DNA of 64,000 nucleotides. It comes from a virus. The stretch is taken from positions 32,001 through 96,000 of IMG/VR virus record IMGVR_UViG_3300043774_000178; one strand, 5' to 3'. The notes under the pieces are model-generated. The model saw only the letters and a list, made by a program, of their open reading frames with translations. It did not search any database and was not told the origin of the DNA. Both the position numbers and the translations under genes were made by a program. Shown piece after piece: positions 58,557-64,000 of this stretch (position 1 is its first letter; each line of letters begins with the position of its first letter).

Positions 58557-58928
58557 AATACAAAATTTAGTTTAAGTACAGTCTTGAGCTGTTATACCTA
58601 TATGTATATAATATATAATACTTTGCGCGTGTATAATATATACATGAGCTTGGTTGTGTCACATGATACAACACATACTATATACAATATAGTACCCATA
58701 GTAACTCACATAGCCTAAGCAAAGTATTGAGCTGTTGCATGCAAAACATTTTCTCCTGGAAAGAATTACTTGATTTATTCTATATATATGAGATGCCTTG
58801 CTGTAGAAGCATAGGGGGTGCCCCAGGTTTGCGCGGTGGGTGGGGTCTATATATTAAGGACCCATCACAATCTCTAGTATACTGTGAAACCAAATACACC
58901 ATAATAGTTTTTGATATATCTTTACACT

Positions 58929-59561
58929 ATGGCTTATATAGAACACAACTTCTTTCCTCTTAAGGTATTTGTTAGAAATGAGTATATGTATCAACATACT
59001 AAGGGTGAAGGAGAGTTTACCCCGGGGGTAGTTATCTCAGTAAGATGTATGCCGGGACAAGCAGCATTGTTCCAGGTACTTTTAGAGAATGGAGTACTTA
59101 GAGATAAGTTACCTTCTCATGCTTTACTTACCAAGGATACTCTCCCAGATCCTGATCTACCTTTTCATTATCTACAGATATGGAATTGCTTTTCATACAA
59201 CTTTACTTTACTGCATCTATCATACTTATATGATACACCTGTAGAAGTATATATGAAGGATAGGAAGTTCTACCCAGGTAGTTATTATGGTACAATCAAC
59301 TGGGGAGCTAATGACCTTAACTCAGACCTGTCTCTAGCAGAAGATCCTCTAGAACATAAGTCACATCATATTATATTACTTGATAATGGGCAGATAGCAC
59401 TGCAACCTAACAATCGTATTAAATGGTCTGAACCTTCATTTGTAACTAAACCTTTTCCTGAGAGACCTGACTATCTAGTTAATAAGGATTACTATAACTG
59501 TGAGGGTTATGAGAAATGGAATACTGAAGATTCAGAAAGAATGTTTTATGATAATGAATAG
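58929..59561 (+). CDS. Conserved phage protein of unknown function
   Basis: MAY...FVRNEYMY...GEGEF...LENG...LP..LQIWNCFSY...QPNNRI pattern; start moved to the ATG at 58929. Confidence 0.75.
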   Translation: MAYIEHNFFPLKVFVRNEYMYQHTKGEGEFTPGVVISVRCMPGQAALFQVLLENGVLRDKLPSHALLTKDTLPDPDLPFHYLQIWNCFSYNFTLLHLSYLYDTPVEVYMKDRKFYPGSYYGTINWGANDLNSDLSLAEDPLEHKSHHIILLDNGQIALQPNNRIKWSEPSFVTKPFPERPDYLVNKDYYNCEGYEKWNTEDSERMFYDNE

Positions 59562-59688
59562 TATCTCATGGTGATACTGTTGCCATGATTTAAGTACCAG
59601 GAAGCATACCGTAAGATCTGCTCACTACACTGGTCATTAGTTACTGGGAAAGCAATTAAGGTACCTAAGATTGTATAACCAGTAACAC

Positions 59689-59734
59689 ACCCAGACAAGT
59701 TTCTCTGATCAAGAATTACTGTCTGGGTTTTTTT
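59689..59734 (+). terminator. Intrinsic terminator
   Basis: ACCCAGACA...TGTCTGGGT followed by a T-run. Confidence 0.7.
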
Positions 59735-59845
59735 ATTATATTCGTAACCTATTTTGGTTATAGTAGTAGATTCAGTTAGGTACCAAGGAATCCTCCATAT
59801 ATTGGGGGATTTTTTGTATATTATAGTGTATCTAATTTAAAAACT

Positions 59846-60706
59846 ATGGTAGAGAGAATATCTCGCAACATTCACAAATTTTCGTTTACTACAAATAAAG
59901 GAGAAGTTGCTGTGCTTTCAGATGTACATTGGGACAACCCACATTGTGATAGAAAGCTTTTAAAAAAACACCTTGACTATTGTTTAGATAAAAACATTCC
60001 TGTAATTATAGTAGGGGATATGTTTTGTCTGATGCAAGGTAGAGGAGATAACAGAAGAAACAAATCTGATATTAGACCTGAGCACAATAATGCTAGATAC
60101 CTAGACTCAGTTGTAGAAACTGCTGTAGAATGGTTTACACCATATGCGGGTATTCTAAAGTTAATTACTTATGGAAACCATGAGACAGGTATAATTAAGT
60201 ATCAAGAAACAGATGTCTTACAAAGATTTGTTTCATTGTTTAATTATGCTAATAAGTCTACTGTAGAACTAGGTGGTTATGGTGGATGGATCATTTATAG
60301 TTTTAAAGACAGTAGTGTTACTAATGCAAGTTTTAAACATAAATACTTTCACGGATCTGGTGGAGGCGGTATTGTAACTAAAGGTGCAATCAACCTTACA
60401 AGAGCTCTAGAGATATATGAGAACTTTGATATATTCTCAATGGGTCATATACATGAGAACTCTTGTCGTACTGATGTTAGAGAATGTCTTGAAACAAATG
60501 CTGGTAACTATGAGATTAAAAAAAGATATATTCATCATTGTATCACAGGTACATATAAGGAGGAATATGGAGATGGTTATGGTGGATGGCATATTGAGAG
60601 AGGTGCACCCGCAAAACCATTAGGTGGTAGGATACTTAAGATGTCTGTAAAAAGAGTAAATAAGAAAGCTGTTAAGATGGTAGATAGTACCAGTTTTCCA
60701 TTATAA
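59846..60706 (+). CDS. Calcineurin-like metallophosphoesterase
   Basis: SDVH, GDMF, GNHE, HG, GHIH. Confidence 0.85.
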   Translation: MVERISRNIHKFSFTTNKGEVAVLSDVHWDNPHCDRKLLKKHLDYCLDKNIPVIIVGDMFCLMQGRGDNRRNKSDIRPEHNNARYLDSVVETAVEWFTPYAGILKLITYGNHETGIIKYQETDVLQRFVSLFNYANKSTVELGGYGGWIIYSFKDSSVTNASFKHKYFHGSGGGGIVTKGAINLTRALEIYENFDIFSMGHIHENSCRTDVRECLETNAGNYEIKKRYIHHCITGTYKEEYGDGYGGWHIERGAPAKPLGGRILKMSVKRVNKKAVKMVDSTSFPL

Positions 60707-60730
60707 TTAGTATATTATAATAAAAGGACT

Positions 60731-60868
60731 ATGGCAAAGATTAAAGAGAACATTCTCAAACTAACAAGCAGCACTGTATCAAGACCAGGAGTACATGCTA
60801 AAACAAAAACTTCTAAACTTAAGTCTAGCAAACATTATAAAAAAAATTATCGCGGACAAGGTAGATAA
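60731..60868 (+). CDS. Small basic protein ending YRGQGR (45 aa, not in ORF track)
   Basis: MAKIKENILK...RPGVHAK...KHYKKNYRGQGR. Confidence 0.75.
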   Translation: MAKIKENILKLTSSTVSRPGVHAKTKTSKLKSSKHYKKNYRGQGR

Positions 60869-60995
60869 TCAAAATTATTTTTATATTTGTTCTGCTTTTG
60901 AACTTTGGTTAAATAATCGAATGGTGATGTAAACTCCTGGTAAATATCAGGAGTTTATTTTTTTGTATATATTTGTACAAACCAACATTAAGCAT

Positions 60996-61253
60996 ATGTC
61001 TTTAAAGTATGTTACTAAACCTGTAACTGTAGATGCAGTAATCTGGACAGGTGATAATCGTAATGAGATATGGAAACTCTGCACATTATGTTATTTTAAT
61101 ACTGACTTTAATACTAGTGATTTAAGACTAATGGTGCAGACTCAGGATGGAATTATAGAAGCTAATGTAGGAGACTATTTAGTAAAAGATCAGTATGATA
61201 CGTATCATGTATATACACCTACTAGGTTTCTAGAAAAATATGACAAAGCATGA
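60996..61253 (+). CDS. PGDYG-like small phage protein
   Basis: Y..KPV.VDAV.W.G.N...T.DG...A.VGDYLVK; TATATTTG promoter element at 60968-60975. Confidence 0.7.
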   Translation: MSLKYVTKPVTVDAVIWTGDNRNEIWKLCTLCYFNTDFNTSDLRLMVQTQDGIIEANVGDYLVKDQYDTYHVYTPTRFLEKYDKA

Positions 61254-61329
61254 CTTACGTAGCAACAGTGTCAGGAGTAGTACCTGTATGGGTGTCCACA
61301 GCAACCTTTAATTTTAAATATAATATAGT

Positions 61330-61515
61330 ATGAGTCAAAACACACTACTAGTAGTTACAGAGGAGAATGGTAAAGTAGAAGTAAGTTTAAACGTAAAAGA
61401 TTTACCAGATGCTTTTGTAATTGGAATATTAGAACAAGTAAAGTTTAATATCCTAAATAGTCAAGAACCTGCAATTAAAGAAGCAATAGAACCATCTAAA
61501 AAGTATGAAGCATGA
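61330..61515 (+). CDS. Hypothetical protein
   Basis: 61-aa ORF with IGILEQVKFNIL. Confidence 0.65.
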   Translation: MSQNTLLVVTEENGKVEVSLNVKDLPDAFVIGILEQVKFNILNSQEPAIKEAIEPSKKYEA

Positions 61516-61808
61516 GCATGGGAATAAGAGAGGTTAAAGTACCTACATTTGGTGAGCAGCTGATGGAGATAAGTATTGAGACTCCACCAAGCAACACAGT
61601 AGAAAAAGTAAAGCATATGTTTGCTGAGATAGCTGAGATTATAAAGAATGATTATCAGTCTAACAACAGACATCCATTAAAGAGTATGTTATTTGATCAT
61701 GCAGTAGGAGAAATAGTATCTGCACAAATGGCAGTAGAGAAAGTATTAACAATGAAACACTATACAGAAAATGAAAACACTGAGGGGAAACAGGATACTG
61801 ATAAGTAA
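61512..61808 (+). CDS. Acb2/Tad1-like helical-hairpin protein (possible immune-signal sponge)
   Basis: TFGEQL...V.KVK..FAEIA.II...AV.EI..AQMAV.KVLT resembles the Acb2/Tad1 hairpin pattern. Confidence 0.5.
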   Translation: MSMGIREVKVPTFGEQLMEISIETPPSNTVEKVKHMFAEIAEIIKNDYQSNNRHPLKSMLFDHAVGEIVSAQMAVEKVLTMKHYTENENTEGKQDTDK

Positions 61809-62049
61809 GCCTGCAGTTAAAGAATCTTTTTTAGAATTATCTGATAAAGACAAAGCATTAATAGAAGCAGAACTAAGAAAGAGCTGGTCATCACTAGATG
61901 TATATGCAGTAGGAGAAACTGTAAAAGATATATCTGCTGGTGATAAGGTTTATGTAAGAGCAACTGCATTAGAGTTATCTGAGAAGATTGAAGTAGATGG
62001 AGAAATGAAATTTATGATTCATGAACAAGATGTAGCAATTATTTGGTAA
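61771..62049 (+). CDS. groES: Co-chaperonin GroES-like protein
   Basis: LRGNRILI, VYAVG..V.DI.AGDKV and VDGE..FMI.EQDV.II. Confidence 0.8.
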   Translation: MKTLRGNRILISKPAVKESFLELSDKDKALIEAELRKSWSSLDVYAVGETVKDISAGDKVYVRATALELSEKIEVDGEMKFMIHEQDVAIIW

Positions 62050-62084
62050 TTTTATTACTCTCTTAATTTTCTCGCTAGGTAAGG

Positions 62085-62120
62085 AATCCCCACAAAAATT
62101 AATCTGTGGGGATTTGTTTT
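62085..62120 (+). terminator. Intrinsic terminator
   Basis: AATCCCCACA...TGTGGGGATT followed by TGTTTT. Confidence 0.7.
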
Positions 62121-62166
62121 GTACCAAACTTTTTACTATATTATAAGTGTAATATATATTTGTACT

Positions 62167-64000
62167 ATGGATATTCTAAATTTTATAAACTGGAAAAGAA
62201 GCAAAAGACAAGTAACTTCTGCTCCACCAAACTCATTCATACCACTAGGTATTCCTGATGGAAAGAGAGATGATGATTATTTAGCAGTTAACATCAGTGC
62301 TGCTGACTTTGCTGCTTCAGTAAGTACTGCTGGTCCACAAGGACCTCAAGGAGTACCTGGTCCCACTGGACCTACTGGTGCAACAGGAGCTGCTGGACCG
62401 CAAGGTGCACAGGGACCACAAGGTTTGCAAGGAACTCCTGGAGCTGTAGGACCTGCTGGTTTAAATTGGCAAGGTGTATGGTCAGCACTAAGTACATATG
62501 CTCCTGATGATGCAGTATCATTTAGTGGCTCTTCCTACTTTTGTTTAAATGCTGTAGGACCATCTGTTTCTGATCCTGCTACTGATACTGTTAACTGGGC
62601 CCTATTAGCAAACATTGGTGCTACTGGTCCCCAAGGAATTCAAGGTATACAAGGTATCCAAGGTGTAGCAGGTGCAACTGGTGCTGCAGGTCCCGCTGGT
62701 CCTCAAGGGATAGCTGGTCCTCAAGGTATTCAAGGTGTTGCTGGTCCCGTGGGTCCTGCTGGACTTAACTGGCAAGGAGTGTGGTCTAACTTAGGAGTAT
62801 ATGCAGTAGATGATGCAGTATCTTTTGGAGGAGCCTCATACTTTTGCATTAATCCTGTAGGACCTTCTATACTTGATCCTTTTACAGATAATACTAACTG
62901 GGCATTGCTTGCTCAACAAGGTGCAACCGGTCCTCAAGGTCCAATTGGATTAACAGGTCCTGCTGGAGCAACAGGTGCTACAGGTGCTCCAGGTCCTAAT
63001 CAACTTATTATAGATAGTACTGTTATATCAGGTGGTAGTGGAAGAAGAGTTATTTTTGAAAGCTTATTGAATAAAGTAACTGAAGATGCAAGGTTTACAT
63101 ATACTAGTGCTTCAGGTACATTAAATAATACAGGTCTAGCTAACACAGCTACCAACTCTTCATTTGGAGCAAGTGCTTTACAAGGAACTACAACTGGTCA
63201 GTTTCTTTCAGCTTTTGGTCTAGGGGCACTTCAGAATAATAATACTGGTCAATTCAATACTGCTGTAGGAAGTTATACTTGTAATACATTGACTACTGCA
63301 AGTAATAATACTGCTGTAGGTTATGCAGCTCTTAATAATAGTAATGCTGCTGACAATACAGGAGTTGGTAAATCTGCAGGAGCAGTACTTACTACAGGTA
63401 AGTGGAATGTTGCAGTAGGTTCAGAATCAATGAATATTGGTGCTAACTCTTCTACTAAATCAGTAGCTGTAGGTTATAGAGCTTTATATTCCGCAACTTC
63501 TAACTCTGTTGCTGTAGGTTTCCAAGCATTGATGTCAAACCTTTCTGTTGAAATGGTAGCTGTTGGTGACTCTGCTTTAATGTCAAATACTTCAGGTACC
63601 TCAAATACAGGAGTTGGATTTAGTGCACTTAAGTTAAACACTACAGGACTTAGCAATACAGCTTTAGGTTATAAATCTTTATCTTCAAATATAGTTGGAG
63701 CAGCTAATACTGCTGTTGGTTCTGGAGCATTACAATTAAATACTGCAAGTAATAACATAGCAGTAGGTTTTGATTCTTTATCACTTAATGTATCTGGAGC
63801 AAATAATACAGCAGTTGGTACCCAAGCATTGTTAAGTAACACTTCAGGTTCAAGTAACATTGCTCTTGGTTTTCAAACTTTAACAGATAACACTATTGGA
63901 AATAATAACGTAGCAATTGGAGAATCCTCTTTAACAGATAACACTGGAGATGGGAATATTGCAATCGGTACACAAAGTGCTAGTGATAATGTAACAGGTA
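62167..64000 (+). CDS. Collagen-repeat tail fibre/adhesin (3'-truncated, not in ORF track)
   Basis: Open from ATG 62167 to the window end: Gly-X-Y blocks, two copies of an NWQGVWS..Y..DDAVSF.G.SYFC..NWALLA module, then ~14-aa NTAVGxxAL solenoid repeats. Confidence 0.88.
   Translation, partial: MDILNFINWKRSKRQVTSAPPNSFIPLGIPDGKRDDDYLAVNISAADFAASVSTAGPQGPQGVPGPTGPTGATGAAGPQGAQGPQGLQGTPGAVGPAGLNWQGVWSALSTYAPDDAVSFSGSSYFCLNAVGPSVSDPATDTVNWALLANIGATGPQGIQGIQGIQGVAGATGAAGPAGPQGIAGPQGIQGVAGPVGPAGLNWQGVWSNLGVYAVDDAVSFGGASYFCINPVGPSILDPFTDNTNWALLAQQGATGPQGPIGLTGPAGATGATGAPGPNQLIIDSTVISGGSGRRVIFESLLNKVTEDARFTYTSASGTLNNTGLANTATNSSFGASALQGTTTGQFLSAFGLGALQNNNTGQFNTAVGSYTCNTLTTASNNTAVGYAALNNSNAADNTGVGKSAGAVLTTGKWNVAVGSESMNIGANSSTKSVAVGYRALYSATSNSVAVGFQALMSNLSVEMVAVGDSALMSNTSGTSNTGVGFSALKLNTTGLSNTALGYKSLSSNIVGAANTAVGSGALQLNTASNNIAVGFDSLSLNVSGANNTAVGTQALLSNTSGSSNIALGFQTLTDNTIGNNNVAIGESSLTDNTGDGNIAIGTQSASDNVTG

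Larger units (their letters stand above)
56236..58736 (-). promoter_or_regulatory. Nine copies of AACAGCTCA (TGAGCTGTT on +), candidate early promoter
   Basis: + strand starts at 56236, 56766, 57226, 57507, 57809, 58061, 58358, 58585, 58728; seven lie 24-40 nt upstream of a start codon. Confidence 0.75.

Noticed and set aside
58727-58963. 78-aa plus-strand ORF
   Set aside because: TTG start inside the repeat motif, crosses the GC island, and overlaps the real gene.
63474-63860. Two minus-strand ORFs at the right end
   Set aside because: Shadows of the tail-fibre solenoid repeats.

Overview
AT-rich fragment of a crAss-like (Crassvirales-type) phage genome, most likely infecting a Bacteroidota host. 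It uses the standard code: TAG is used as a stop and no suppressor tRNA was seen. Layout: (1) 1-24.6 kb, + strand: three giant virion/ejection proteins. The first is 5'-truncated with a PD-(D/E)XK domain; the second is a 4070-aa two-barrel virion RNA polymerase (DFDVD) with a zincin domain and a C-terminal nucleotidyltransferase; the third has a zincin and a LysM domain. (2) 24.6-54.9 kb, - strand: replication and nucleotide metabolism (family B DNA polymerase, primase, DnaB, SSB-like, Sak4-like ATPase, exonuclease, UDG, ThyX, MazG-like), a MoxR-vWA cluster, ClpS, tRNA-Arg(TCT) and many small genes. (3) 54.9-58.9 kb: a 740-nt helix-rich non-coding block containing a non-canonical tRNA-like cloverleaf, two short repeat clusters, and an array of single-gene early units each preceded by AACAGCTCA and usually closed by a hairpin built from the gene's last codons. 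(4) 58.9-64 kb, + strand: metallophosphoesterase, an Acb2/Tad1-like protein, GroES and a 3'-truncated collagen-repeat tail fibre. Strongest leads: cysteines confined to the adjoining termini of the three giant proteins, the early cassette array with C-GNA-G template hairpins, the structured ncRNA block, and the NTase fused to the virion RNAP. All family assignments are from motif recognition by eye; no database searches were run.
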